A stretch of 64,000 nucleotides of DNA from Eledone cirrhosa (lineage: Eukaryota). Every line of letters begins with the position of its first letter. Positions within the stretch are counted from its first letter, which is position 1. A program made the position numbers and the translations under genes. The notes beneath the pieces were generated by a model. It searched no databases and was not told the origin of the DNA. It worked only from the letters and a program-made list of their open reading frames with translations. The stretch covers positions 38,208-102,207 of the forward strand of contig CAXHJY010000107.1 in the NCBI GenBank assembly GCA_964016885.1, given 5' to 3'. Positions 29,301 through 45,100 of this stretch are shown piece after piece.

Positions 29301-32300
29301 TTGGACGGCTGGATATTATCTCCCCTTGGACGGCTGGAAATTATCTCCCCTTGGACGGCTGGAAATTATCTCCCCTTGGATGGCTAGATATTACCTCCCC
29401 TTGGACGGCTGGAAATTATCTCCCCTTGATTTTTTTTACAAATTATCTCCCCCTGATTTTTTTTTACAAATTATCTCCCCCTGATTTTTTTTTACAAATT
29501 ATCTCCCCCTGATTTTTGTTTACAAATTATCTCCGCCTGATTTTTTTAAAAAAATTATCTCCCCTTGGACGGCTGGAAATTATCTCCCCTTGGACGGCTA
29601 GAAATTACCTCTCCTTGGACGGCTGAAAATTATCTCCCCTTGGACGGCTGGAAATTATCTCCCCTTGATTTTTTTACAAATTATCTCCCCCTGATTTTTT
29701 TTTTACAAATTATCTCCCCCTGATTTTTTTTTACAAATTATCTACCCCTGATTTTTTTTACAAATTATCTCCCCCTGATTTTTTTTACAAATTATCTCCC
29801 CCTGATTTTTTTTTACAAATTATCTCCCCCTGATTTTTTTACAAATTATCTCCCCCTGATTTTTTTTACAAATTATCTCCGCCTGATTTTTTTAAATATT
29901 ATCTCTCCTTGGCTGGCGGGAAATTATCTCCCCTTGGACGGCTGGAAATTATCTCCCCTTGGAAGGATGGAAATTATCTCCCCTTGGACGGCTGGAAATT
30001 ATCTACCCCTGATTTTTTTTACAAATTATCTCCCCCTGATTTTTTTACAAATTATCTCCCCCTGATTTTTTTTACAAATTATCTCCGCCTGATTTTTTTA
30101 AATGTTATCTCTCCTTGGCTGGCGGGAAATTATCTCCCCTTGGACGGCTGGAAATTATCTCCCCTTGGAAGGATGGAAATTATCTCCCCTTGGACGGCTG
30201 AAAATTATCTACCCCTGATTTTTTTTACAAATTATCTCCCCCTGATTTTTTTTACAAATTATCTCCCCCTGATTTTTTTTACAAATTATCTACCCCTGAT
30301 TTTTTCTACAAATTATCTCCCCCTGATTTTTTTTACAAATTATCTCCCCCTGATTTTTTTTTTACAAATTATCTCCCCCTGATTTTTTTACAAATTATCT
30401 CCCCCTGATTTTTTTTTTACAAATTATCTCCCCCTGATTTCTTTACAAATTATCTCCCCTTGGCTGGCTGGAAATTATCTCCCCTTGGAGGCTGGAACTT
30501 ATCTCCCCTTGGACGGCTAGAAATTATCTCTCCTTGGACGGCTGGAAAATATGTCTCCTTGGACGGCTGGATATTATCTCCCCTTGGACGGCTGGAAATT
30601 ATCTCCCCTTGGACGGCTGGAAATTATCTCCCCTTGGATGGCTAGATATTACCTCCCCTTGGACGGCTGGAAATTATCTCCCCTTGATTTTTTTTACAAA
30701 TTATCTCCCCCTGATTTTTTTTTACAAATTATCTCCCCCTGATTTTTTTTTACAAATTATCTCCCCCTGATTTTTGTTTACAAATTATCTCCGCCTGATT
30801 TTTTTAAAAAAATTATCTCCCCTTGGACGGCTGGAAATTATCTCCCCTTGGACGGCTAGAAATTACCTCCTTGGACGGCTGAAAATTATCTCCCCTTGGA
30901 CGGCTGGAAATTATCTCCCCTTGATTTTTTTACAAATTATCTCCCCCTGATTTTTTTTTTACAAATTATCTCCCCCTGATTTTTTTTTACAAATTATCTA
31001 CCCCTGATTTTTTTTACAAATTATCTCCCCCTGATTTTTTTTACAAATTATCTCCCCTGATTTTTTTTTACAAATTATCTCCCCCTGATTTTTTTACAAA
31101 TTATCTCCCCCTGATTTTTTTTACAAATTATCTCCGCCTGATTTTTTTAAATATTATCTCTCCTTGGCTGGCGGGAAATTATCTCCCCTTGGACGGCTGG
31201 AAATTATCTCCCCTTGGAAGGATGGAAATTATCTCCCCTTGGACGGCTGGAAATTATCTACCCCTGATTTCTTTTACAAATTATCTCCCCCTGATTTTTT
31301 TACAAATTATCTCCCCCTGATTTTTTTTACAAATTATCTCCGCCTGATTTTTTTAAATGTTATCTCTCCTTGGCTGGCGGGAAATTATCTCCCCTTGGAC
31401 GGCTGGAAATTATCTCCCCTTGGAAGGATGGAAATTATCTCCCCTTGGACGGCTGGAAATTATCTACCCCTGATTTTTTTTACAAATTATCTCCCCCTGA
31501 TTTTTTTTACAAATTATCTCCCCCTGATTTTTTTTACAAATTATCTACCCCTGATTTTTTTTACAAATTATCTCGCCCTGATTTCTTTTACAAATTATCT
31601 CCCCCTGATTTTTTTTTACAAATTATCTCCCCCTGATTTTTTTACAAATTATCTCCCCCTGATTTTTTTTACAAATTATCTCCGGCTGATTTTTTTAAAT
31701 GTTATCTCTCCTTGGCTGGCGGGAAATTATCTCCCCTTGGACGGCTGGAAATTATCTACCCTTGGAAGGATGGAAATTATCTCCCCTTGGACGGCTGGAA
31801 ATTATCTACCCCTGATTTTTTTTACAAATTATCTCCCCCTGATTTTTTTTACAAATTATCTCCCCCTGATTTTTTTTTACAAATTATCTACCCCTGATTT
31901 TTTTACAAATTATCTCCCCTTGGCTGGCTGGAAATTATCTCCCCTTGGACGGCTAGAAATTACCTCTCCTTGGACGGCTGAAAATTATCTCCCCTTGGAC
32001 GGCTGGAAATTATCTCCCCTTGATTTTTTTACAAATTATCACCCCCTGATTTTTTTTTTACAAATTATCTCCCCCTGATTTTTTTTTACAAATTATCTCC
32101 CCCTGATTTTTGTTTACAAATTATCTCCGCCTGATTTTTTTAAAAAAATTATCTCCCCTTGGACGGCTGGAAATTATCTCCCCTTGGACGGCTAGAAATT
32201 ACCTCTCCTTGGACGGCTGAAAATTATCTCCCCTTGGACGGCTGGAAATTATCTCCCCTTGATTTTTTTACAAATTATCTCCCCCTGATTTTTTTTTTAC

Positions 32301-35300
32301 AAATTATCTCCCCCTGATTTTTTTTTACAAATTATCTACCCCTGATTTTTTTTTACAAATTATCTCCCCCTGATTTTTTTTACAAATTATCTCCCCCTGA
32401 TTTTTTTTTACAAATTATCTCCCCCTGATTTTTTTACAAATTATCTCCCCCTGATTTTTTTTACAAATTATCTCCGCCTGATTTTTTTAAATATTATCTC
32501 TCCTTGGCTGGCGGGAAATTATCTCCCCTTGGACGGCTGGAAATTATCTCCCCTTGGAAGGATGGAAATTATCTCCCCTTGGACGGCTGGAAATTATCTA
32601 CCCCTGATTTTTTTTACAAATTATCTCCCCCTGATTTTTTTACAAATTATCTCCCCCTGATTTTTTTTACAAATTATCTCCGCCTGATTTTTTTAAATGT
32701 TATCTCTCCTTGGCTGGCGGGAAATTATCTCCCCTTGGACGGCTGGAAATTATCTCCCCTTGGAAGGATGGAAATTATCTCCCCTTGGACGGCTGAAAAT
32801 TATCTACCCCTGATTTTTTTTACAAATTATCTCCCCCTGATTTTTTTTACAAATTATCTCCCCCTGATTTTTTTTACAAATTATCTACCCCTGATTTTTT
32901 CTACAGATTATCTCCCCCTGATTTTTTTTTACAAATTATCTCCCCCTGATTTTTTTTTACAAATTATCTCCCCCTGATTTTTGTTTACAAATTATCTCCG
33001 CCTGATTTTTTTAAAAAAATTATCTCCCCTTGGACGGCTGGAAATTATCTCCCCTTGGACGGCTAGAAATTACCTCCTTGGACGGCTGAAAATTATCTCC
33101 CCTTGGACGGCTGGAAATTATCTCCCCTTGATTTTTTTACAAATTATCTCCCCCTGATTTTTTTTTTACAAATTATCTCCCCCTGATTTTTTTTTACAAA
33201 TTATCTACCCCTGATTTTTTTTACAAATTATCTCCCCCTGATTTTTTTTACAAATTATCTCCCCTGATTTTTTTTTACAAATTATCTCCCCCTGATTTTT
33301 TTACAAATTATCTCCCCCTGATTTTTTTTACAAATTATCTCCGCCTGATTTTTTTAAATATTATCTCTCCTTGGCTGGCGGGAAATTATCTCCCCTTGGA
33401 CGGCTGGAAATTATCTCCCCTTGGAAGGATGGAAATTATCTCCCCTTGGACGGCTGGAAATTATCTACCCCTGATTTTTTTTACAAATTATCTCCCCCTG
33501 ATTTTTTTTACAAATTATCTCCCCCTGATTTTTTTTACAAATTATCTACCCCTGATTTTTTTTACAAATTATCTCGCCCTGATTTCTTTTACAAATTATC
33601 TCCCCCTGATTTTTTTTTTACAAATTATCTCCCCCTGATTTTTTTACAAATTATCTCCCCCTGATTTTTTTTACAAATTATCTCCGCCTGATTTTTTTAA
33701 ATGTTATCTCTCCTTGGCTGGCGGGAAATTATCTCCCCTTGGACGGCTGGAAATTATCTACCCTTGGAAGGATGGAAATTATCTCCCCTTGGACGGCTGG
33801 AAATTATCTACCCCTGATTTTTTTTACAAATTATCTCCCCCTGATTTTTTTTACAAATTATCTCCCCCTGATTTTTTTTTACAAATTATCTCCCCCTGAT
33901 TTTTTTACAAATTATCTCCCCCTGATTTTTTTTACAAATTATCTCCGCCTGATTTTTTTAAATATTATCTCTCCTTGGCTGGCGGGAAATTATCTCCCCT
34001 TGGACGGCTGGAAATTATCTCCCCTTGGAAGGATGGAAATTATCTCCCCTTGGACGGCTGGAAATTATCTACCCCTGATTTTTTTTACAAATTATCTCCC
34101 CCTGATTTTTTTACAAATTATCTCCCCCTGATTTTTTTTACAAATTATCTCCGCCTGATTTTTTTAAATGTTATCTCTCCTTGGCTGGCGGGAAATTATC
34201 TCCCCTTGGACGGCTGGAAATTATCTCCCCTTGGAAGGATGGAAATTATCTCCCCTTGGACGGCTGAAAATTATCTACCCCTGATTTTTTTTACAAATTA
34301 TCTCCCCCTGATTTTTTTTACAAATTATCTCCCCCTGATTTTTTTTACAAATTATCTACCCCTGATTTTTTCTACAGATTATCTCCCCCTGATTTTTTTT
34401 ACAAATTATCTCCCCCTGATTTTTTTTTTACAAATTATCTCCCCCTGATTTTTTTACAAATTATCTCCACCTGATTTTTTTTTTACAAATTATCTCCCCC
34501 TGATTTTTTTACAAATTATCTCCCCTTGGCTGGCTGGAAATTATCTCCCCTTGGAGGCTGGAACTTATCTCCCCTTGGACGGCTAGAAATTACCTCTCCT
34601 TGGACGGCTGGAAAATATGTCTCCTTGGACGGCTGGATATTATCTCCCCTTGGACGGCTGGAAATTATCTCCCCTTGGACGGCTGGAAATTATCTCCCCT
34701 TGGATGGCTAGATATTACCTCCCCTTGGACGGCTGGAAATTATCTCCCCTTGATTTTTTTTACAAATTATCTCCCCCTGATTTTTTTTTACAAATTATCT
34801 CCCCCTGATTTTTTTACAAATTATCTCCCCCTGATTTTTTTTACAAATTATCTCCGCCTGATTTTTTTAAATATTATCTCTCCTTGGCTGGCGGGAAATT
34901 ATCTCCCCTTGGACGGCTGGAAATTATCTCCCCTTGGAAGGATGGAAATTATCTCCCCTTGGACGGCTGGAAATTATCTACCCCTGATTTTTTTTACAAA
35001 TTATCTCCCCCTGATTTTTTTACAAATTATCTCCCCCTGATTTTTTTTACAAATTATCTCCGCCTGATTTTTTTAAATGTTATCTCTCCTTGGCTGGCGG
35101 GAAATTATCTCCCCTTGGACGGCTGGAAATTATCTCCCCTTGGAAGGATGGAAATTATCTCCCCTTGGACGGCTGGAAATTATCTACCCCTGATTTTTTT
35201 TACAAATTATCTCCCCCTGATTTTTTTTACAAATTATCTCCCCCTGATTTTTTTTTACAAATTATCTACCCCTGATTTTTTTACAAATTATCTCCCCTTG

Positions 35301-38300
35301 GCTGGCTGGAAATTATCTCCCCTTGGACGGCTAGAAATTACCTGTCCTTGGACGGCTGAAAATTATCTCCCCTTGGACGGATTGAAATTATCTCCCCTTG
35401 ATTTTTTTACAAATTATCTCCCCCTGATTTTTTTTTTACAAATTATCTCCCCCTGATTTTTTTTTACAAATTATCTACCCCTGATTTTTTTTTACAAATT
35501 ATCTCCCCTTGATTTTTTTTACAAATTATCTCCCCCTGATTTTTTTTTACAAATTATCTCCCCCTGATTTTTTTTTACAAATTATCTCCCCCTGATTTTT
35601 TTTAAAAAATTATCTCCCCTTGGACGGCTGGAAATTATCTCCCCTTGGACGGCTAGAAATTACCTCTCCTTGGACGGCTGAAAATTATCTCCCCTTGGAC
35701 GGCTGGAAATTATCTCCCCTTGATTTTTTTACAAATTATCTCCCCCTGATTTTTTTTTTACAAATTATCTCCCCCTGATTTTTTTTTACAAATTATCTAC
35801 CCCTGATTTTTTTTTACAAATTATCTCCCCCTGATTTTTTTTTACAAATTATCTCCCCCTGATTTTTTTTTACAAATTATCTCCCCCTGATTTTTTTACA
35901 AATTATCTCCCCCTGATTTTTTTTACAAATTATCTCCGCCTGATTTTTTTAAATATTATCTCTCCTTGGCTGGCGGGAAATTATCTCCCCTTGGACGGCT
36001 GGAAATTATCTCCCCTTGAAAGGATGGAAATTATCTCCCCTTGGACGGCTGGAAATTATCTACCCCTGATTTTTTTTACAAATTATCTCCCCCTGATTTT
36101 TTTACAAATTATCTCCGCCTGATTTTTTTAAATGTTATCTCTCCTTGGCTGGCGGGAAATTATCTCCCCTTGGACGGCTGGAAATTATCTCCCCTTGGAA
36201 GGATGGAAATTATCTCCCCTTGGACGGCTGAAAATTATCTACCCCTGATTTTTTTTACAAATTATCTCCCCCTGATTTTTTTTACAAATTATCTCCCCCT
36301 GATTTTTTTTACAAATTATCTACCCCTGATTTTTTTTACAAATTATCTCCCCCTGATTTTTTTTACAAATTATCTCCCCCTGATTTTTTTTTACAAATTA
36401 TCTCCCCCTGATTTTTTTTTACAAATTATCTCCCCCTGATTTTTTTACAAATTATCTCCCCCTGATTTTTTTTACAATCTCCGCCTGATTTTTTAAAAAA
36501 TTATCTTCCCTTGGCTGGCGGGAAATTATCTCCCCTTGGACGGCTGGAAATTATCTCCCCTTGGAAGGATGGAAATTATCTCCCCTTGGACGGCTGGAAA
36601 TTATCTCCCCTTGCACGGCTGGAAATTATAGCCCCTTGGAGGGCTGGAAATTATCTCCCCTTGATATTTTTTACAAATTATCTCCCCCTGATTTTTTTTT
36701 CAAATTATCTCCCCCTGATTTTTTTTACAAATTATCTCCCCCCTGATTTTTTTACAAATTATCTCCCCTTGGCTGGCTGGAAATTATCTCCCCTTGGAGG
36801 CTGGAACTTATCTCCCCTTGGACGGCTAGAAATTACCTCTCCTTGGACGGCTGGAAAATATGTCTCCTTGGACGGCTGGATATTATCTCCCCTTGGACGG
36901 TTGGAAATTATCTCCCCTTGGACGGCTGGAAATTATCTCCCCTTGGATGGCTAGATATTACCTCCCCTTGGACGGCTGGAAATTATCTCCCCTTGATTTT
37001 TTTTACAAATTATCTCCCCCTGATTTTTTTTTACAAATTATCTCCCCCTGATTTCTTTTTAAAAATTATCTCCCCCTGATTTTTGTTTACAAATTATCTC
37101 CGCCTGATTTTTTTTTAAAAATTATCTCCCCTTGGACGGCTGGAAATTATCTCCCCTTGGACGGCTGGAAATTATATCTCCTTGGACGGCTAGAATTTAC
37201 CTCTCCTTGGACGGCTGAAAATTATCTCCCCTTGGACGGCTGGAAATTATCTCCCCTTGATTTTTTTTACAAATTATCTCCCCCTGATTTTTTTTTACAA
37301 ATTATCTCCCCCTGATTTTTTTTACAAATTATCTCCCCCTAATTTTTTTTTACAAATTATCTCCCCCTAATTTTTTTACAAATTATCTCCCCTTGGCTGG
37401 CTGGAAATTATCTCCCCTTGGAGGCTGGAACTTATCTCCCCTTGGACGGCTAGAAATTACGTCTCCTTGGACGGCTGGAAAATATGTCTCCTTGGACGGC
37501 TGGATATTATCTCCCCTTGGACGGCTGGAAATTATCTCCCCTTGGACGGCTGGAAATTATCTCCCCTTGGATGGCTAGATATTACCTCCCCTTGGACGGC
37601 TGGAAATTATCTCCCCTTGATTTTTTTTACGAATTATCTCCCCCTGATTTTTTTTTACAAATTATCTCCCCCTGATTTTTTTTTACAAATTATCTCCCCC
37701 TGATTTTTTTTTACAAATTATCTCCCCCTGATTTTTGTTTACAAATTATCTCCGCCTGATTTTTTTAAAAAAATTATCTCACCTTGGACGGCTGGAAATT
37801 ATCTCCCCTTGGACGGCTAGAAATTACCTCTCCTTGGACGGCTGAAAATTATCTCCCCTTGGACGGCTGGAAATTATCTCCCCTTGATTTTTTTACAAAT
37901 TATCTCCCCCTGATTTTTTTTTTACAAATTATCTCCCCCTGATTTTTTTTTACAAATTATCTACCCCTGATTTTTTTTTACAAATTATCTCCCCCTGATT
38001 TTTTTTACAAATTATCTCCCCCTGATTTTTTTTTACAAATTATCTCCCCCTGATTTTTTTACAAATTATCTCCCCCTGATTTTTTTTACAAATTATCTCC
38101 GCCTGATTTTTTTAAATATTATCTCTCCTTGGCTGGCGGGAAATTATCTCCCCTTGGACGGCTGGAAATTATCTCCCCTTGGAAGGATGGAAATTATCTC
38201 CCCTTGGACGGCTGGAAATTATCTACCCCTGATTTTTTTTACAAATTATCTCCCCCTGATTTTTTTACAAATTATCTCCCCCTGATTTTTTTTACAAATT

Positions 38301-41300
38301 ATCTCCGCCTGATTTTTTTAAATGTTATCTCTCCTTGGCTGGCGGGAAATTATCTCTCCTTGGACGGCTGGAAATTATCTCCCCTTGGAAGGATGGAAAT
38401 TATCTCCCCTTGGACGGCTGAAAATTATCTACCCCTGATTTTTTTTACAAATTATCTCCCCCTGATTTTTTTTACAAATTATCTCCCCCTGATTTTTTTT
38501 ACAAATTATCTACCCCTGATTTTTTTTACAAATTATCTCCCCCTGATTTTTTTTACAAATTATCTCCCCCTGATTTTTTTTTTACAAATTATCTCCCCCT
38601 GATTTTTTTACAAATTATCTCCCTCTGATTTTTTTTTTACAAATTATCTCCCCCTGATTTTTTTACAAATTATCTCCCCTTGGCTGGCTGGAAATTATCT
38701 CCCCTTGGAGGCTGGAACTTATCTCCCCTTGGACGGCTAGAAATTACCTCTCCTTGGACGGCTGGAAAATATGTCTCCTTGGACGGCTGGATATTATCTC
38801 CCCTTGGACGGCTGGAAATTATCTCCCCTTGGACGGCTGGAAATTATCTCCCCTTGGATGGCTAGATATTACCTCCCCTTGGACGGCTGGAAATTATCTC
38901 CCCTTGATTTTTTTTACAAATTATCTCCCCCTGATTTTTTTTTACAAATTATCTCCCCCTGATTTTTTTTTACAAATTATCTCCCCCTGATTTTTGTTTA
39001 CAAATTATCTCCGCCTGATTTTTTTAAAAAAATTATCTCCCCTTGGACGGCTGGAAATTATCTCCCCTTGGACGGCTAGAAATTACCTCTCCTTGGACGG
39101 CTGAAAATTATCTCCCCTTGGACGGCTGGAAATTATCTCCCCTTGATTTTTTTACAAATTATCTCCCCCTGATTTTTTTTTTACAAATTATCTCCCCCTG
39201 ATTTTTTTTTACAAATTATCTACCCCTGATTTTTTTTACAAATTATCTCCCCCTGATTTTTTTTACAAATTATCTCCCCCTGATTTTTTTTTACAAATTA
39301 TCTCCCCCTGATTTTTTTACAAATTATCTCCCCCTGATTTTTTTTACAAATTATCTCCGCCTGATTTTTTTAAATATTATCTCTCCTTGGCTGGCGGGAA
39401 ATTATCTCCCCTTGGACGGCTGGAAATTATCTCCCCTTGGAAGGATGGAAATTATCTCCCCTTGGACGGCTGGAAATTATCTACCCCTGATTTTTTTTAC
39501 AAATTATCTCCCCCTGATTTTTTTACAAATTATCTCCCCCTGATTTTTTTTACAAATTATCTCCGCCTGATTTTTTTAAATGTTATCTCTCCTTGGCTGG
39601 CGGGAAATTATCTCCCCTTGGACGGCTGGAAATTATCTCCCCTTGGAAGGATGGAAATTATCTCCCCTTGGACGGCTGAAAATTATCTACCCCTGATTTT
39701 TTTTACAAATTATCTCCCCCTGATTTTTTTTACAAATTATCTCCCCCTGATTTTTTTTACAAATTATCTACCCCTGATTTTTTCTACAAATTATCTCCCC
39801 CTGATTTTTTTTACAAATTATCTCCCCCTGATTTTTTTTTTACAAATTATCTCCCCCTGATTTTTTTACAAATTATCTCCCCCTGATTTTTTTTTTACAA
39901 ATTATCTCCCCCTGATTTCTTTACAAATTATCTCCCCTTGGCTGGCTGGAAATTATCTCCCCTTGGAGGCTGGAACTTATCTCCCCTTGGACGGCTAGAA
40001 ATTATCTCTCCTTGGACGGCTGGAAAATATGTCTCCTTGGACGGCTGGATATTATCTCCCCTTGGACGGCTGGAAATTATCTCCCCTTGGACGGCTGGAA
40101 ATTATCTCCCCTTGGATGGCTAGATATTACCTCCCCTTGGACGGCTGGAAATTATCTCCCCTTGATTTTTTTTACAAATTATCTCCCCCTGATTTTTTTT
40201 TACAAATTATCTCCCCCTGATTTTTTTTTACAAATTATCTCCCCCTGATTTTTGTTTACAAATTATCTCCGCCTGATTTTTTTAAAAAAATTATCTCCCC
40301 TTGGACGGCTGGAAATTATCTCCCCTTGGACGGCTAGAAATTACCTCCTTGGACGGCTGAAAATTATCTCCCCTTGGACGGCTGGAAATTATCTCCCCTT
40401 GATTTTTTTACAAATTATCTCCCCCTGATTTTTTTTTTACAAATTATCTCCCCCTGATTTTTTTTTACAAATTATCTACCCCTGATTTTTTTTACAAATT
40501 ATCTCCCCCTGATTTTTTTTACAAATTATCTCCCCTGATTTTTTTTTACAAATTATCTCCCCCTGATTTTTTTACAAATTATCTCCCCCTGATTTTTTTT
40601 ACAAATTATCTCCGCCTGATTTTTTTAAATATTATCTCTCCTTGGCTGGCGGGAAATTATCTCCCCTTGGACGGCTGGAAATTATCTCCCCTTGGAAGGA
40701 TGGAAATTATCTCCCCTTGGACGGCTGGAAATTATCTACCCCTGATTTCTTTTACAAATTATCTCCCCCTGATTTTTTTACAAATTATCTCCCCCTGATT
40801 TTTTTTACAAATTATCTCCGCCTGATTTTTTTAAATGTTATCTCTCCTTGGCTGGCGGGAAATTATCTCCCCTTGGACGGCTGGAAATTATCTCCCCTTG
40901 GAAGGATGGAAATTATCTCCCCTTGGACGGCTGGAAATTATCTACCCCTGATTTTTTTTACAAATTATCTCCCCCTGATTTTTTTTACAAATTATCTCCC
41001 CCTGATTTTTTTTACAAATTATCTACCCCTGATTTTTTTTACAAATTATCTCGCCCTGATTTCTTTTACAAATTATCTCCCCCTGATTTTTTTTTACAAA
41101 TTATCTCCCCCTGATTTTTTTACAAATTATCTCCCCCTGATTTTTTTTACAAATTATCTCCGGCTGATTTTTTTAAATGTTATCTCTCCTTGGCTGGCGG
41201 GAAATTATCTCCCCTTGGACGGCTGGAAATTATCTACCCTTGGAAGGATGGAAATTATCTCCCCTTGGACGGCTGGAAATTATCTACCCCTGATTTTTTT

Positions 41301-42380
41301 TACAAATTATCTCCCCCTGATTTTTTTTACAAATTATCTCCCCCTGATTTTTTTTTACAAATTATCTACCCCTGATTTTTTTACAAATTATCTCCCCTTG
41401 GCTGGCTGGAAATTATCTCCCCTTGGACGGCTAGAAATTACCTCTCCTTGGACGGCTGAAAATTATCTCCCCTTGGACGGCTGGAAATTATCTCCCCTTG
41501 ATTTTTTTACAAATTATCACCCCCTGATTTTTTTTTTACAAATTATCTCCCCCTGATTTTTTTTTACAAATTATCTCCCCCTGATTTTTGTTTACAAATT
41601 ATCTCCGCCTGATTTTTTTAAAAAAATTATCTCCCCTTGGACGGCTGGAAATTATCTCCCCTTGGACGGCTAGAAATTACCTCTCCTTGGACGGCTGAAA
41701 ATTATCTCCCCTTGGACGGCTGGAAATTATCTCCCCTTGATTTTTTTACAAATTATCTCCCCCTGATTTTTTTTTTACAAATTATCTCCCCCTGATTTTT
41801 TTTTACAAATTATCTACCCCTGATTTTTTTTTACAAATTATCTCCCCCTGATTTTTTTTACAAATTATCTCCCCCTGATTTTTTTTTACAAATTATCTCC
41901 CCCTGATTTTTTTACAAATTATCTCCCCCTGATTTTTTTTACAAATTATCTCCGCCTGATTTTTTTAAATATTATCTCTCCTTGGCTGGCGGGAAATTAT
42001 CTCCCCTTGGACGGCTGGAAATTATCTCCCCTTGGAAGGATGGAAATTATCTCCCCTTGGACGGCTGGAAATTATCTACCCCTGATTTTTTTTACAAATT
42101 ATCTCCCCCTGATTTTTTTACAAATTATCTCCCCCTGATTTTTTTTACAAATTATCTCCGCCTGATTTTTTTAAATGTTATCTCTCCTTGGCTGGCGGGA
42201 AATTATCTCCCCTTGGACGGCTGGAAATTATCTCCCCTTGGAAGGATGGAAATTATCTCCCCTTGGACGGCTGAAAATTATCTACCCCTGATTTTTTTTA
42301 CAAATTATCTCCCCCTGATTTTTTTTACAAATTATCTCCCCCTGATTTTTTTTACAAATTATCTACCCCTGATTTTTTCT
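24340..42380. repeat. ~8.5 kb near-identical block repeated at 9478 bp offset within satellite B (ends approximate)
   Basis: Rare variants recur at exactly +9478: 27577/37055, 28153/37631, 28303/37781, 31684/41162. Pseudo-ORFs 24497/33975 through 32504/41982 keep the same offset. Confidence 0.9.
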
Positions 42381-45100
42381 ACAAATTATCTCCCCCTGAT
42401 TTTTTTTACAAATTATCTCCCCCTGATTTTTTTTTTACAAATTATCTCCCCCTGATTTTTTTACAAATTATCTCCACCTGATTTTTTTTTTACAAATTAT
42501 CTCCCCCTGATTTTTTTACAAATTATCTCCCCTTGGCTGGCTGGAAATTATCTCCCCTTGGAGGCTGGAACTTATCTCCCCTTGGACGGCTAGAAATTAC
42601 CTCTCCTTGGACGGCTGGAAAATATGTCTCCTTGGACGGCTGGATATTATCTCCCCTTGGACGGCTGGAAATTATCTCCCCTTGGACGGCTGGAAATTAT
42701 CTCCCCTTGGATGGCTAGATATTACCTCCCCTTGGACGGCTGGAAATTATCTCCCCTTGATTTTTTTACAAATTATCTCCCCCTGATTTTTTTTTACAAA
42801 TTATCTCCCCCTGATTTTTTTACAAATTATCTCCCCCTGATTTTTTTTACAAATTATCTCCGCCTGATTTTTTTAAATATTATCTCTCCTTGGCTGGCGG
42901 GAAATTATCTCCCCTTGGACGGCTGGAAATTATCTCCCCTTGAAAGGATGGAAATTATCTCCCCTTGGACGGCTGGAAATTATCTACCCCTGATTTTTTT
43001 TACAAATTATCTCCCCCTGATTTTTTTACAAATTATCTCCGCCTGATTTTTTTAAATGTTATCTCTCCTTGGCTGGCGGGAAATTATCTCCCCTTGGACG
43101 GCTGGAAATTATCTCCCCTTGGAAGGATGGAAATTATCTCCCCTTGGACGGCTGAAAATTATCTACCCCTGATTTTTTTTACAAATTATCTCCCCCTGAT
43201 TTTTTTTACAAATTATCTCCCCCTGATTTTTTTTACAAATTATCTACCCCTGATTTTTTTTACAAATTATCTCCCCCTGATTTTTTTTACAAATTATCTC
43301 CCCCTGATTTTTTTTTACAAATTATCTCCCCCTGATTTTTTTTTACAAATTATCTCCCCCTGATTTTTTTACAAATTATCTCCCCCTGATTTTTTTTACA
43401 ATCTCCGCCTGATTTTTTAAAAAATTATCTTCCCTTGGCTGGCGGGAAATTATCTCCCCTTGGACGGCTGGAAATTATCTCCCCTTGGAAGGATGGAAAT
43501 TATCTCCCCTTGGACGGCTGGAAATTATCTCCCCTTGCACGGCTGGAAATTATAGCCCCTTGGAGGGCTGGAAATTATCTCCCCTTGATATTTTTTACAA
43601 ATTATCTCCCCCTGATTTTTTTTTCAAATTATCTCCCCCTGATTTTTTTTACAAATTATCTCCCCCCTGATTTTTTTACAAATTATCTCCTCTTGGCTGG
43701 CTGGAAATTATCTCCCCTTGGAGGCTGGAACTTATCTCCCCTTGGACGGCTAGAAATTACCTCTCCTTGGACGGCTGGAAAATATGTCTCCTTGGACGGC
43801 TGGATATTATCTCCCCTTGGACGGTTGGAAATTATCTCCCCTTGGACGGCTGGAAATTATCTCCCCTTGGATGGCTAGATATTACCTCCCCTTGGACGGC
43901 TGGAAATTATCTCCCCTTGATTTTTTTTACAAATTATCTCCCCCTGATTTTTTTTTACAAATTATCTCCCCCTGATTTTTTTTTAAAAATTATCTCCCCC
44001 TGATTTTTGTTTACAAATTATCTCCGCCTGATTTTTTTTTTTAAATTATCTCCCCTTGGACGGCTGGAAATTATCTCCCCTTGGACGGCTGGAAATTATA
44101 TCTCCTTGGACGGCTAGAATTTACCTCTCCTTGGACGGCTGAAAATTATCTCCCCTTGGACGGCTGGAAATTATCTCCCCTTGATTTTTTTTACAAATTA
44201 TCTCCCCCTGATTTTTTTTTACAAATTATCTCCCCCTGATTTTTTTTACAAATTATCTCCCCCTAATTTTTTTTTACAAATTATCTCCCCCTAATTTTTT
44301 TACAAATTATCTCCCCTTGGCTGGCTGGAAATTATCTCCCCTTGGAGGCTGGAACTTATCTCCCCTTGGACGGCTAGAAATTACGTCTCCTTGGACGGCT
44401 GGAAAATATGTCTCCTTGGACGGCTGGATATTATCTCCCCTTGGACGGCTGGAAATTATCTCCCCTTGGACGGCTGGAAATTATCTCCCCTTGGATGGCT
44501 AGATATTACCTCCCCTTGGACGGCTGGAAATTATCTCCCCTTGATTTTTTTTACAAATTATCTCCCCCTGATTTTTTTTTACAAATTATCTCCCCCTGAT
44601 TTTTTTTTACAAATTATCTCCCCCTGATTTTTTTTTACAAATTATCTCCCCCTGATTTTTGTTTACAAATTATCTCCGCCTGATTTTTTTAAAAAAATTA
44701 TCTCCCCTTGGACGGCTGGAAATTATCTCCCCTTGGACGGCTAGAAATTACCTCTCCTTGGACGGCTGAAAATTATCTCCCCTTGGACGGCTGGAAATTA
44801 TCTCCCCTTGATTTTTTTACAAATTATCTCCCCCTGATTTTTTTTTTACAAATTATCTCCCCCTGATTTTTTTTTACAAATTATCTACCCCTGATTTTTT
44901 TTTACAAATTATCTCCCCCTGATTTTTTTTACAAATTATCTCCCCCTGATTTTTTTTTACAAATTATCTCCCCCTGATTTTTTTACAAATTATCTCCCCC
45001 TGATTTTTTTTACAAATTATCTCCGCCTGATTTTTTTAAATATTATCTCTCCTTGGCTGGCGGGAAATTATCTCCCCTTGGACGGCTGGAAATTATCTCC